Below, one piece after another: positions 9,731-18,958 of a stretch of 64,000 nucleotides of DNA. The notes beneath the pieces are model-generated. The model was given only the letters and a program-made list of their open reading frames with translations. It was not told where the DNA came from and ran no database searches. A program made the translations under genes and the position numbers. How positions within the stretch are numbered: the first letter of the stretch is position 1; each line of letters begins with the position of its first letter. The stretch covers positions 124,001 to 188,000 of the IMG/VR virus record IMGVR_UViG_3300046513_000348. One strand, written 5' to 3'.

Positions 9731-11344
9731 ATGAGCGATAACGAAAACTTTGCATCCAGTACCGAACTGTCGAACATCAGCGAGAAGATCGATTCGATCG
9801 ATTCCGGCACGAATACCTTCGACAGCAATATGCGGCCGGTCGAGCTTCCTGGTTTCCAGGCAGCATTCAATGCAGCAGTCGAGGCGGGTTCTCCGCACAG
9901 CCTGTGCCCGGAAGTCTTGGAACCGATCCCGCACGTCGACATCGACATCGCCGCTACCTATCCGCAGCCCGAGCAGGCAATGATCGAGCGGATCCGCGAA
10001 CCGAATCCCGGCTATGTTCCTACCGGCGAATCGCTGGAAGGCAAGTCGGCTGAAGAAGTCGTCGCTTCCTGGACCGTTCAGTCAGAAACCGATGGTGCCA
10101 TGGAAGTCGGCGAAGGCGTGAAAGAAGTTGCCCAGCGCATCCTCGATGAAACCGGCCTGTCGCCGTCGGAACTGATCGCCAATTCGAGCGTCGCGGACAA
10201 CAATCCGCCGGAAGTTCTTCGTGACGAAGAAGGCAAACCCATCAAAGTCACCATCAGTGTGACGGATCTTTCCGAAGTGATCCACATGCCGGTCCCGGCA
10301 GAAGACACGTCGGACATCAGTGACTTCGAACTGAAGGAAGAAGAAGCGGCGGCAGCATTGGCCATTCGCCAGCAGTTCACCGACAACCTGAATATCGAGC
10401 GCGGTATCGATCTGACTGAACCGCACGTCCTCGACGACGCTTTCGATCCGGAAAATCCCGAGCACATGAAAATGCTCGAAGAAGGCTTGGCCAGCGGCGC
10501 CATTGCCGATGCGAACAAGATCATGGAAAAGCCGGAAATGATCAGCCTGGAAAACGTCCGCGAAACCGTGGTGCCGATTCCGACGGATCTGATCCGCGAG
10601 TTCTTCACGAACAAGGGCCTGTACTACCTGATCGACTATCGCGAGTCCAAGCTCAAGGGCGGTGCTTTCCTGACTTACTTGACCAACCTGAATGTTCCGG
10701 CCGATCTGCGCTTCAGCGCGGTTCTCGAGTACGAAGAGTACGCCGAGCTCATGAAGGCTTACATGGATCAGCGTTCGGTGATCAATTGCCCTCTGCTGCA
10801 CGTCATGGCCGCGGAACTGCTGCTGTTCGCAAAGGGCCTGCCGCACGAGCGTTCGCCGTATGTAACACCGGTGCCGAAAGCTTCGTTCCTCATCCGCTTC
10901 ATCGACGAGAACAAAGAACAGATCGGCAAGTGGCTGCACTTCATCGACTCGACCCAGGTTTTCGCCCTGTCGGCCATCAAAGTCCTGAACGGCTATTATA
11001 AACCGAAGGAGTTCTTCGAGAACATCGATGACAAGGAATACGTCGGCAGCAACATCGCCCAGCTGTATCGCATCCCGGAATTCATCGCGTACTACTTCGC
11101 CCTTGAAGGCGCCGAGTACAAGCTGTCGTACTTCACGCAGCAGTACGAAGAGTACATGTTCAAGAACGAACGCCTGGCCAAGTACTTCCGTTCGCCCCAC
11201 AACTTCTCGGCCCTGATGTTCGAGCACATCGCCCAAGGTACGATCAAAGCCAGTGACATCGGTTACGGCCTGTTCGCCATCGGCGTGTTCGCTCCGGAAG
11301 CAGGTATCGCCGAGTTCGACGCATCGGCCAAAGCGCCGGCATAA
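9731..11344 (+). CDS. Hypothetical protein: acidic disordered N-half plus globular C-terminal domain
   Basis: 537-aa ORF with SD (AAGGA) and phage-typical codon bias. E/D/P-rich for the first ~250 aa. Confidence 0.8.
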   Translation: MSDNENFASSTELSNISEKIDSIDSGTNTFDSNMRPVELPGFQAAFNAAVEAGSPHSLCPEVLEPIPHVDIDIAATYPQPEQAMIERIREPNPGYVPTGESLEGKSAEEVVASWTVQSETDGAMEVGEGVKEVAQRILDETGLSPSELIANSSVADNNPPEVLRDEEGKPIKVTISVTDLSEVIHMPVPAEDTSDISDFELKEEEAAAALAIRQQFTDNLNIERGIDLTEPHVLDDAFDPENPEHMKMLEEGLASGAIADANKIMEKPEMISLENVRETVVPIPTDLIREFFTNKGLYYLIDYRESKLKGGAFLTYLTNLNVPADLRFSAVLEYEEYAELMKAYMDQRSVINCPLLHVMAAELLLFAKGLPHERSPYVTPVPKASFLIRFIDENKEQIGKWLHFIDSTQVFALSAIKVLNGYYKPKEFFENIDDKEYVGSNIAQLYRIPEFIAYYFALEGAEYKLSYFTQQYEEYMFKNERLAKYFRSPHNFSALMFEHIAQGTIKASDIGYGLFAIGVFAPEAGIAEFDASAKAPA

Positions 11345-11353
11345 GGAAACGTC

Positions 11354-12418
11354 ATGCTCAATTTGTTCGATCGTGTCTATATGCGGCACGATAACGTCTT
11401 GATCCGTGGTCAAGGCCAGCGCAAGCTGATCATCACGCCCAAGACGAAAGAAACCGCTTACGTCGAAGGAAAGACCTCGCAGATCGAAATCGGTCTGATC
11501 GGTGTCTACGAGAACCTGGCTGAATGCGAAGCGTTCTACGGCGATCGCGATACCATGTGGGCTGTTCTTCGTCAAACCAAGTCGAAGGTCATCATTATCG
11601 CCGACAAGTGGACGTTTGCGGAACTGATCATTCAGTACTGGAAGTCCATCTTCAAGTCGCCGACGGTGGAAAGTCTCTTCGCGTTGTACGAAGTGATGAT
11701 CAACAACGAAAATCTGCACACCATTCGTCCGATGGAAAAGCGCGTCAATCAGTACTCGGCCGATTCTCCGGATGAAGCCATCGTCAAGCTGACGCCTGCC
11801 GCTTTCAAGGAAGTGTTCGACAAGGTGGAAGGGTCGCCTGTCCTGGAAACCCTGGAGCTGAAAGAACTCCCGTTCGAGTACGCTTTGATGGCCTATCTGG
11901 TTGACGAAACGAACCCGACTGCACGGAAGGTCCTCTTTCCGAAGGTCGACAAGATCGTCAAGGACAACATCGTGGCGCAGCTCATTGGCAGTCGTGACGA
12001 GATGCTCTACGAGTCCCACAACTACTACCTGATCGACGGTAAGGAAAACGAAGTCCCGATCACCGATCCGATCGCGTACATGAAGAACCATCCAGCCCTG
12101 TCGTGGGTCCTGGACGATGTCTTCCAGTACGGGCAGGAAGAAGAGATCCTTGCCAAGTACGGCCTGGAAAAGATCAAGCTGTTCATTCGTGTGGTGGGTC
12201 GTATTCTGTTCGAAAACGATCTGATGTTGGTCGCCATCGACTTCATCCGGAACAAGCAGTACGCTGAACTGATCGCGCACGACATCGGCGATCATCGCGG
12301 CAACTACTTCGGCACCCATGCTTATCAGCGCAAGATCAACAGCCTGTTCGTGTCCTACATGTACCAGCTCAAGCGGCTGAACCTGGTGGACCAACTGGCC
12401 CAGTACCAACTGCGTTAA
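11354..12418 (+). CDS. Hypothetical protein in rSAM cluster
   Basis: 354-aa ORF, SD AAGGA, 9 nt after the previous stop. Confidence 0.8.
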   Translation: MLNLFDRVYMRHDNVLIRGQGQRKLIITPKTKETAYVEGKTSQIEIGLIGVYENLAECEAFYGDRDTMWAVLRQTKSKVIIIADKWTFAELIIQYWKSIFKSPTVESLFALYEVMINNENLHTIRPMEKRVNQYSADSPDEAIVKLTPAAFKEVFDKVEGSPVLETLELKELPFEYALMAYLVDETNPTARKVLFPKVDKIVKDNIVAQLIGSRDEMLYESHNYYLIDGKENEVPITDPIAYMKNHPALSWVLDDVFQYGQEEEILAKYGLEKIKLFIRVVGRILFENDLMLVAIDFIRNKQYAELIAHDIGDHRGNYFGTHAYQRKINSLFVSYMYQLKRLNLVDQLAQYQLR

Positions 12419-12428
12419 AGGCGTAGTC

Positions 12429-12454
12429 CCCAGTCACCCTCACGGGTGACTGGG
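12429..12454 (+). terminator. Stem-loop dividing the rSAM locus
   Basis: CCCAGTCACCC-TCAC-GGGTGACTGGG followed by TCTTATGCTGTC. Confidence 0.7.
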
Positions 12455-12525
12455 TCTTATGCTGTCGATTTAAAATCTATTGCTCGCCTTACTTTTTTGA
12501 ACCGAATATCCCTTTAGGAAACTCT

Positions 12526-13620
12526 ATGAATCAGCCATTCAATTCTGACCTGTCTTCTGCTGCAACGATTGCAAATGCAACCGGCTACCATCTGAGCCTG
12601 AGTCTCGAATGGCTGTCGGGATGTCAGTTTAGCTGCAAGGGCTGCCATGTGAACAAGGAGAACGGGGTTCCTTATACTCCTACTCAAGTGAACCATCTGG
12701 CCCGTTGGCTGGAGGATATGAGGTTCAAGGGCGGTTATACGCCAACGATCGTGTTCTTAGCTCCGACAGATTTCCTGGTTGCTGACAACATCGTGAAAAT
12801 CTTAACGAACATTCACGCATATGGGATTCTGGCTCAGTTCAAGCGACTGTCGCTCCAGACGACGTTCCTCAACATGGATCAGGCCGAGACCATCGCCAAG
12901 ATTCTTAAGCTGCGTTATTCGCACATGGAGCTGGAACTGAACTTCATCATCGAGCCAGAGCAGGTGGAGAATGAGAAGTATCTGGACCGAATCAAGGAGA
13001 ACCGCGCCAAGATGCTGGAACTCCTGGACTGGAAGAAACACGTAGCGTCATTCGCAATCATGAACGTCTACGAGTACGACCGGGTTAAGAAGAACAACGT
13101 CAAAAAGATCCTGGCCGATTATCAGGCACTCCACCAGCGTATCAAAGAGAAGTTCGATTCCACAATCGACTTCAATTTCTCCATGACCCGTAACTCCTGG
13201 TGGTCGGGCGAAGACATCAAGGAAGCGGTCCAAAGTGTCAGCCGTATCTTCGATGCTGGCGTAAGCCACGAGATCAACCAGACCATTCGATTCTCCTTCG
13301 GCAAGCTGGAAGACTCGGCTATCGAAAAACACTACAACTGGCATCAGGGAAATCTTTACGTATCGCCCATGATCTATGAGCGGATTGCTTCCTTCGATGA
13401 CCGACTGAAGGTGCCTTACGGCGGTGTGAAAGCAACCGAGGACTTCGAGCTGAAGCTCATGATCGATCAGTATCATTGGTCCGAGAAAGACGTGCCGTGC
13501 AAGGGCTGTAACTATCAGGCTTCCTGCGTGGATCGAAACGTCCTGACCTTCATGAAAATGAACGACATCAAAGAGTGCATCATCGCAAAGAAAGCACTCG
13601 ACGCCATTAACGTAATCTAA
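12526..13620 (+). CDS. Degenerate radical SAM-like protein (rSAM-2)
   Basis: LSGCQFSCKGCH (CxxxCxxC), but APTDF occupies the expected GGE position. Short C-terminal CKGCNYQASC. Confidence 0.75.
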   Translation: MNQPFNSDLSSAATIANATGYHLSLSLEWLSGCQFSCKGCHVNKENGVPYTPTQVNHLARWLEDMRFKGGYTPTIVFLAPTDFLVADNIVKILTNIHAYGILAQFKRLSLQTTFLNMDQAETIAKILKLRYSHMELELNFIIEPEQVENEKYLDRIKENRAKMLELLDWKKHVASFAIMNVYEYDRVKKNNVKKILADYQALHQRIKEKFDSTIDFNFSMTRNSWWSGEDIKEAVQSVSRIFDAGVSHEINQTIRFSFGKLEDSAIEKHYNWHQGNLYVSPMIYERIASFDDRLKVPYGGVKATEDFELKLMIDQYHWSEKDVPCKGCNYQASCVDRNVLTFMKMNDIKECIIAKKALDAINVI

Positions 13621-13632
13621 ACCGAGAATATC

Positions 13633-14664
13633 ATGAACCAAGAAGGCTTCCTGCAAAACGTCCTGGCAAGCAAGCTGCCTGAATCCTCAGAGATCGAACA
13701 TCATCTGTTCGAGTTCTGCAACCTGAACTGCTCCTTCTGCGGTCAGGATCACAAATCCACCGTGGGCATGGATTCGATCATCGATAAGGCATATCAGACC
13801 GTCGACTTCATCATGCGTTCGCCGTTAAAAATGCACACCATCAACGTGATGGGCGGCGAGATCTTCAACGACGGCATTGGCGTCGATGTCTTCCTCCAGT
13901 ACTTCGAGTTCTACGAGATCATCCGTAAAGCTTGTGCGGACCTGAAGGTTGACTTCCAGATCAACTGGGTGACGAACCTGGTGTTCAAGGAGAACCGCGA
14001 GATGGTCGATCTCCTGATGGAGAAGACTTCGATGCATTCCCGCATCTCGACGTCTTACGACTTCGCTGGTCGTGGGTTGAACCTGAACAAGAAGATGTTG
14101 TTCGAGTACAACCTGCTGTATTACAAGAAGTACATCGGTGTGGTTGGTTTCGTTCTGACCGCTCCTGCCATCCGTAAGCTGATCGCTAACAAGGATCGCT
14201 TCTTCCGCGACATTCTCTACGGCAACTATCCGTTGTACTTCGACTGGTATGTGCCGGAGAAGACTGCTGAGAAGATGATGCCGTCTGAGCAGGAGACACT
14301 CGATGGACTCCTCTTCATCGCCGACAACTATCCGGAAGTCGAACCAGTCAAGAGCCTCTTGCAGAACAAAGAAAACAAGATGACTTGCTACTCGCTGAAC
14401 AAGACCACCATCTTGCCAGACGGGAAGGAAGTCAAGTGCCGTTACATGGAATACGACAAGTCGGATTTCCAGAACGACATCGACTACAGTTCGAACGCCA
14501 ACATCATCACGGCGCATATCGAACGTCACGACTGCATGTCCTGTGAATGGTACGAGAAGTGCCAGTTCCGCTGCTTCGTAAACGCAGACTGGGGCAAACT
14601 CGAACGCCTCCCGGAATGCCTGTTCAAAACCTTTTTCGAAAAGACGAAACATCTCCATGGATAA
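13633..14664 (+). CDS. Radical SAM protein with SPASM-like tail (rSAM-3)
   Basis: FEFCNLNCSFC, MGGEIF and C-terminal CMSCEWYEKCQFRC (CX2CX5CX3C). Confidence 0.88.
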   Translation: MNQEGFLQNVLASKLPESSEIEHHLFEFCNLNCSFCGQDHKSTVGMDSIIDKAYQTVDFIMRSPLKMHTINVMGGEIFNDGIGVDVFLQYFEFYEIIRKACADLKVDFQINWVTNLVFKENREMVDLLMEKTSMHSRISTSYDFAGRGLNLNKKMLFEYNLLYYKKYIGVVGFVLTAPAIRKLIANKDRFFRDILYGNYPLYFDWYVPEKTAEKMMPSEQETLDGLLFIADNYPEVEPVKSLLQNKENKMTCYSLNKTTILPDGKEVKCRYMEYDKSDFQNDIDYSSNANIITAHIERHDCMSCEWYEKCQFRCFVNADWGKLERLPECLFKTFFEKTKHLHG

Positions 14665-15022
14665 GAATCAAATGCTGTCTTTCCTGGCCTACCTGGTTTT
14701 GTATTTCCTTTACAAAGCCATCGTGGGCTTTATCAAAGGCATCTGGAAGTCGGCGAATTGGACGAGATATATTCCTCGGTCCGGCCGGAAGCTCTTCAGT
14801 CGAGCACTTCCGATCCTGCTGCTGTTCGTGGTGGTCAATGTGGTCTTTCATCTGGCCGCCAATCCGAAAGACATGTTCGCTTACTATTCGATGGTTTGCT
14901 TCATGCTCTCTTTCGCCTGGCTTTGGACGATCGATGAATACGATCTCTCGATCAAAGACATCTTCAGCATGGTGACCTTCGGCATCGGCTGCATTCTCCT
15001 CCATCTTCATCCTCTGTTCTAA
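14657..15022 (+). CDS. Small multi-pass membrane protein
   Basis: 121 aa with about four hydrophobic segments. Overlaps the rSAM-3 stop. Confidence 0.7.
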   Translation: MDKNQMLSFLAYLVLYFLYKAIVGFIKGIWKSANWTRYIPRSGRKLFSRALPILLLFVVVNVVFHLAANPKDMFAYYSMVCFMLSFAWLWTIDEYDLSIKDIFSMVTFGIGCILLHLHPLF

Positions 15023-15029
15023 ATACAAA

Positions 15030-15521
15030 ATGGTCAAGCTCACTATCATCGTCGCACGCGCCTTGAATGGCGTCATCGGTAACGGCAACAAACTCCCGTG
15101 GAACATCCCGGAAGACATGAAACACTTCAGGACCTACACCAAGGGCAAGCCGGTCATCATGGGCCGTCTGACTCACGAGTCGATCGGCATGGTCCTGCCT
15201 GGCCGCATGAACATCATCGTGTCGCGCAATCCCGACTATCGCGTCGAAGGCGCGGTCGTGGTCAATTCCCTGCCAGCTGCACTGGAACTCGTGCACGAAC
15301 TGCCGGAAGCCGTTCTGATCGGCGGCATGCAATTGTACGAATATGCGCTCAATGAAGATCTGGTCGACAAGTGCGTAGTCACCCAACTCGAAGATGCCTA
15401 CTCGGGCGATGCGTTCTTCCCGGCTCTCGACGAAACCAAGTGGGAGCCTGTCATGAGTCAGCAGAGCTTCCCGAGCTGCGGCTTCACCATCATCGATTAT
15501 CGGCGGCGTAAAGCGTCATGA
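15030..15521 (+). CDS. folA: Dihydrofolate reductase
   Basis: IIVARALNGVIGNGNKLPWNIPEDMKHFR...GKPVIMGRLT..SI..LPGRMNIIVSR...IGG..LY...GDAFFP. Confidence 0.97.
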   Translation: MVKLTIIVARALNGVIGNGNKLPWNIPEDMKHFRTYTKGKPVIMGRLTHESIGMVLPGRMNIIVSRNPDYRVEGAVVVNSLPAALELVHELPEAVLIGGMQLYEYALNEDLVDKCVVTQLEDAYSGDAFFPALDETKWEPVMSQQSFPSCGFTIIDYRRRKAS

Positions 15522-15658
15522 AAAATTGCGATCCGAACGTGTTGTTCGTTCTGGTGCCGTGGGCCTTCATCATTTTGGTCGTAGGCCTTTACGGTTGCTT
15601 CATTTTCCATGCAAGGAAAGAAAGAAAACGCTATGAGCGCTCCTGCTTTAATCATTAA
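15518..15658 (+). CDS. 46-aa single-TM peptide (not in ORF track)
   Basis: ATGA overlap with the DHFR stop. MKNCDPNVLFVLVPWAFIILVVGLYGCFIFHARKERKRYERSCFNH: a TM segment followed by a basic tail. Confidence 0.5.
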   Translation: MKNCDPNVLFVLVPWAFIILVVGLYGCFIFHARKERKRYERSCFNH

Positions 15659-16718
15659 GCCAACAGAAGCGTGTAACTTCAAGTGCACCTTCTGTTCGAG
15701 CACCGACATCCAGGGCGATTCCCCGAACCTGGATCTCGAGTACATCCGACAATACCTGCAGGCTTTCCCCAGCTGCCCGACGATCATCATTAATGGCGGC
15801 GATCCGCTCATGATGAAGCCGGAGTACTACTGGAAGATCATCCACATGCTGGACGAGATGGGTCTCGCAACCACCCTGTCGTTCACCACCAATCTCTGGG
15901 CTTTCTACAAGAAGCCGGAAATGTGGGAGAACCTGTTCCTGAGTCCGCGTGTAGGTGTCGCTACTTCGTTCCAGTACGGCAATGCTCGCCTCAAGGGCGA
16001 CCTGACCCCGTACACGGAAGAAGAGTTCTGGGCTGTTTCCGATCTGTTCTTGAAGCGCATCGGCTATCGTCCCGAGTTCATCGCCGTCATCACCAAGGAA
16101 AACGAAGACACGGTTATCAAGACCGTGGAACTGGCCAAGAAGATGGGCGTGGTCTGCAAAGTAAACTACGCCATGGCTTCTGGTCCAACGACAGAGTTCA
16201 AGGGCATCAAGATCGGTAATGCCGACAGCACCTACGTGTTGGCCGACATCTATCAGAAGTACATCGAGATCTACGAAGCGGGCCTGGCCGAGTGGGAACA
16301 CAACACCAAGGTCATGATGACGCGGCTGATCGGCGGCTTCTCGATCTGCCCGCAAGCACGTAACTGTGACCAGCATATCCGTGCCTTGCAACCCGGCGGC
16401 AAGTACTACAGCTGCGGTGCATTTGGTGACGACGGCCTGTATCCAATTGACTTCCAAACCGAAGTGATTAAGAACAAAGGGAAGTTCGTCGAGATGCCTC
16501 TCCAATGGCAACCGGAACTGCAAAGCCTGAAGACGGCCTGTTTCGAATGTCCGATGTTCGAAATCTGCAACGGCTGCCGTAAGACGACTCATGACCTGAA
16601 GCGTCTGGGCCTGGTGGAAACCCATTGCGCCAAGATGAAAACCCTGGCTCCAAAGATCATCGATATCAACGGCCTGACCGGTAAGGTCGAACCCACTCCG
16701 TATGTGAAGGAGAACTAA
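15633..16718 (+). CDS. Radical SAM/SPASM-domain protein (rSAM-4)
   Basis: IIKPTEACNFKCTFC, INGGDPL, ICPQARNC...YYSCG...CFECPMFEICNGC...HC. Start refined to MSAPAL. Confidence 0.92.
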   Translation: MSAPALIIKPTEACNFKCTFCSSTDIQGDSPNLDLEYIRQYLQAFPSCPTIIINGGDPLMMKPEYYWKIIHMLDEMGLATTLSFTTNLWAFYKKPEMWENLFLSPRVGVATSFQYGNARLKGDLTPYTEEEFWAVSDLFLKRIGYRPEFIAVITKENEDTVIKTVELAKKMGVVCKVNYAMASGPTTEFKGIKIGNADSTYVLADIYQKYIEIYEAGLAEWEHNTKVMMTRLIGGFSICPQARNCDQHIRALQPGGKYYSCGAFGDDGLYPIDFQTEVIKNKGKFVEMPLQWQPELQSLKTACFECPMFEICNGCRKTTHDLKRLGLVETHCAKMKTLAPKIIDINGLTGKVEPTPYVKEN

Positions 16719-17426
16719 ATGCATGATCCAGTCGTGCAGTTCTTCAAGGACAACATAGCGAGGCTTGATCCGCTGTGTTGTAACTTCTCTTTCGTCAACG
16801 GAAGGGCGGAAGAAATAATTTACAACATCGATGGCAAATATCCTGAGATTTATCGCGCCATGTTTGACGCGGTAATGGAGGACCATTTCCCGGATATCGA
16901 AAGGGAACGAATCGAAGCGGTTAGTTTCCAGCAAGCAGATGGCGGACTGTATCAGGAAGACAAGTTCCTGGTCTCTGTCGACAATGCCAAGATGGACTGC
17001 TTCCTCTATCCCGAACTGAACTGCTTTAATCCGTTCCTGTTTTACGGCATCAATTCGGGCGTCGATACGAAGAATCGCTCCTGTAAGTTTTATGACCTGG
17101 ATACTACGGCATACACTTGCATGGAATGGCCGTCGTTCATCCAGCTGTTCGACAAGTACGGTGCCGGTGTCGGCATTAAGCCCGATATCGTAGGGATCTA
17201 CTTCCTGTCTCACGAATACCAAAAGGTAATCGATTGGGTAGGACTGCCTGATCCGGTTCCTGCTGAACTCAAGGATGTGATCCTGCCCAAGGCTAGCATC
17301 CACAACTTCGGCCTGACGTTCAACATCAAGACGAAAGAAATGGTCAAGCTGAGTTACTTCTTCTACAACGACCAATATCGTGAAGACGTCATGCCGTATC
17401 TGAAGGAAAGAAATGAAACCGTTTAA
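16719..17426 (+). CDS. Hypothetical protein in rSAM cluster
   Basis: 235-aa ORF abutting the rSAM-4 stop (TAA-ATG). Confidence 0.75.
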   Translation: MHDPVVQFFKDNIARLDPLCCNFSFVNGRAEEIIYNIDGKYPEIYRAMFDAVMEDHFPDIERERIEAVSFQQADGGLYQEDKFLVSVDNAKMDCFLYPELNCFNPFLFYGINSGVDTKNRSCKFYDLDTTAYTCMEWPSFIQLFDKYGAGVGIKPDIVGIYFLSHEYQKVIDWVGLPDPVPAELKDVILPKASIHNFGLTFNIKTKEMVKLSYFFYNDQYREDVMPYLKERNETV

Positions 17427-18018
17427 TTCGGCCGAAATGATTGGTGACTATCTTGGCAAGGGTGGTTACCATTTCAATGCGGAAGCAGTACTGAAGGATT
17501 TCGATTACAAGTGCTTCCTTCCGCGCAACCGTGCTTACGGCGAGCATGAAACACTGAACTCGGCCATCAAGCTGAATTCGTACAGCCTGTACCAAATCAA
17601 CCAAATCCGCGATCTGACGCACCGCATCAGTACGGAGTACTTGTCGGACTTCCGCCACCACATCTTCTATCACGACTTCTACGATATCGTTTACCCGACG
17701 TCGAAGAACTGGCATTACGATATCGAAGACATCCTGGACTGGAAGGGCTACAACGCTGTCCTGAACTGCTACTTCGAAGACACGTCGCCTGAAAACGACG
17801 ACATCGCGGTAACGTTCACGCCGTATGACGATGCCATCGTCGACACGCAGAAGCAGCGGGATTCCGACCTGATCTACGTGAAGAAGAACGACATCGTCCT
17901 GATCAACCAGACCCGTCGTTTCCTGCATCGCGTGACCGATGATCACCAGCGCCGTCCTATCCTGATGTTCGCCATCTCGTTTATGGACTTCCCCGCCGAC
18001 CTACCGTTACCAGGCTAA
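17413..18018 (+). CDS. 2OG-Fe(II) oxygenase-like protein (paralog A)
   Basis: WHYD...NCYF...INQTRRFLHRV...RRP: HxD...H facial triad plus Arg. Confidence 0.7.
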   Translation: MKPFNSAEMIGDYLGKGGYHFNAEAVLKDFDYKCFLPRNRAYGEHETLNSAIKLNSYSLYQINQIRDLTHRISTEYLSDFRHHIFYHDFYDIVYPTSKNWHYDIEDILDWKGYNAVLNCYFEDTSPENDDIAVTFTPYDDAIVDTQKQRDSDLIYVKKNDIVLINQTRRFLHRVTDDHQRRPILMFAISFMDFPADLPLPG

Positions 18019-18022
18019 AATC

Positions 18023-18958
18023 ATGAAAGATAGCAAAGTCATCAACCTGTCGGTTAACCCGACTTACTTCTGTAATTTCCGTTGTGGCTTTTGCTATCTG
18101 ACGGAGGAACAACTTTCCGATCAGAAACGACTGGGCTTGGACGTCCTGAAACAACGCATCGAAGAAATCCGCGAGGCCGGTTACGAGATCGGCCATGTGG
18201 ACCTGTACGGCGGCGAGGTGCTCTTGCTGCCTTACGAATATCTGTTGGCTGCCAAGGTACTCATGCGAGTCGAAGGTGCGCAGGACATCGAGATCATCAC
18301 CAACCTGTCGACTTATCGTCAAGAGATCCTCGATGACCAACGCTTCGGTATCTCGGTAAGCTACGACTTCGAGCATCGACAGCAGGCCGATCATGTTTGG
18401 AAGAACATGATGAAGATGACCCGTCCCTTCACGGTTCTGACTCTGGGTATTCCGGAACTCCTGAAGAAGGATCCCATCGAATGCATCGAACAGCTGAACC
18501 TGCTGTCGAACTGCCATCACTGGGAGATCAAACCTTACAGCACGAATCAGGCGAACCAACTGCCTTTCAAGTATTCGGACTACGAAGCCTTCATCCAGAA
18601 GGTGATCGATTACCCGAATAAGAACTTCGAGTTCCTCAACGAGGTGGCTCTGAAGATGGCCCACTACGGTGACGCCAATCCTTATTCGGACGACCACGTC
18701 TACATTACGCCGAGTGGCAAATTCGGTGTTCTGGAATTCGACAAGAACGACAACGAGTATTTCCTGGAGCTCGACTCCTTCGGCAACTACCTGGACTGGA
18801 CCTTGCTTGAGAAATCGCGCGTTCTGTCCAATGCATTCTGCGGCTCCTGCAACTACAACGGTCGCTGTATCTCGGAGCACCTGCGTGAGGTCAAGTCCCT
18901 CGACGACAGCTGTAACGGGTTCCACAATCTGATACAGTGGTACGAGAAGAAACTATGA
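18023..18958 (+). CDS. Radical SAM protein with short Cys-rich tail (rSAM-5)
   Basis: SVNPTYFCNFRCGFCY, LYGGEV, ITPSG and CGSCNYNGRCISEH...SCNG. Confidence 0.9.
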   Translation: MKDSKVINLSVNPTYFCNFRCGFCYLTEEQLSDQKRLGLDVLKQRIEEIREAGYEIGHVDLYGGEVLLLPYEYLLAAKVLMRVEGAQDIEIITNLSTYRQEILDDQRFGISVSYDFEHRQQADHVWKNMMKMTRPFTVLTLGIPELLKKDPIECIEQLNLLSNCHHWEIKPYSTNQANQLPFKYSDYEAFIQKVIDYPNKNFEFLNEVALKMAHYGDANPYSDDHVYITPSGKFGVLEFDKNDNEYFLELDSFGNYLDWTLLEKSRVLSNAFCGSCNYNGRCISEHLREVKSLDDSCNGFHNLIQWYEKKL

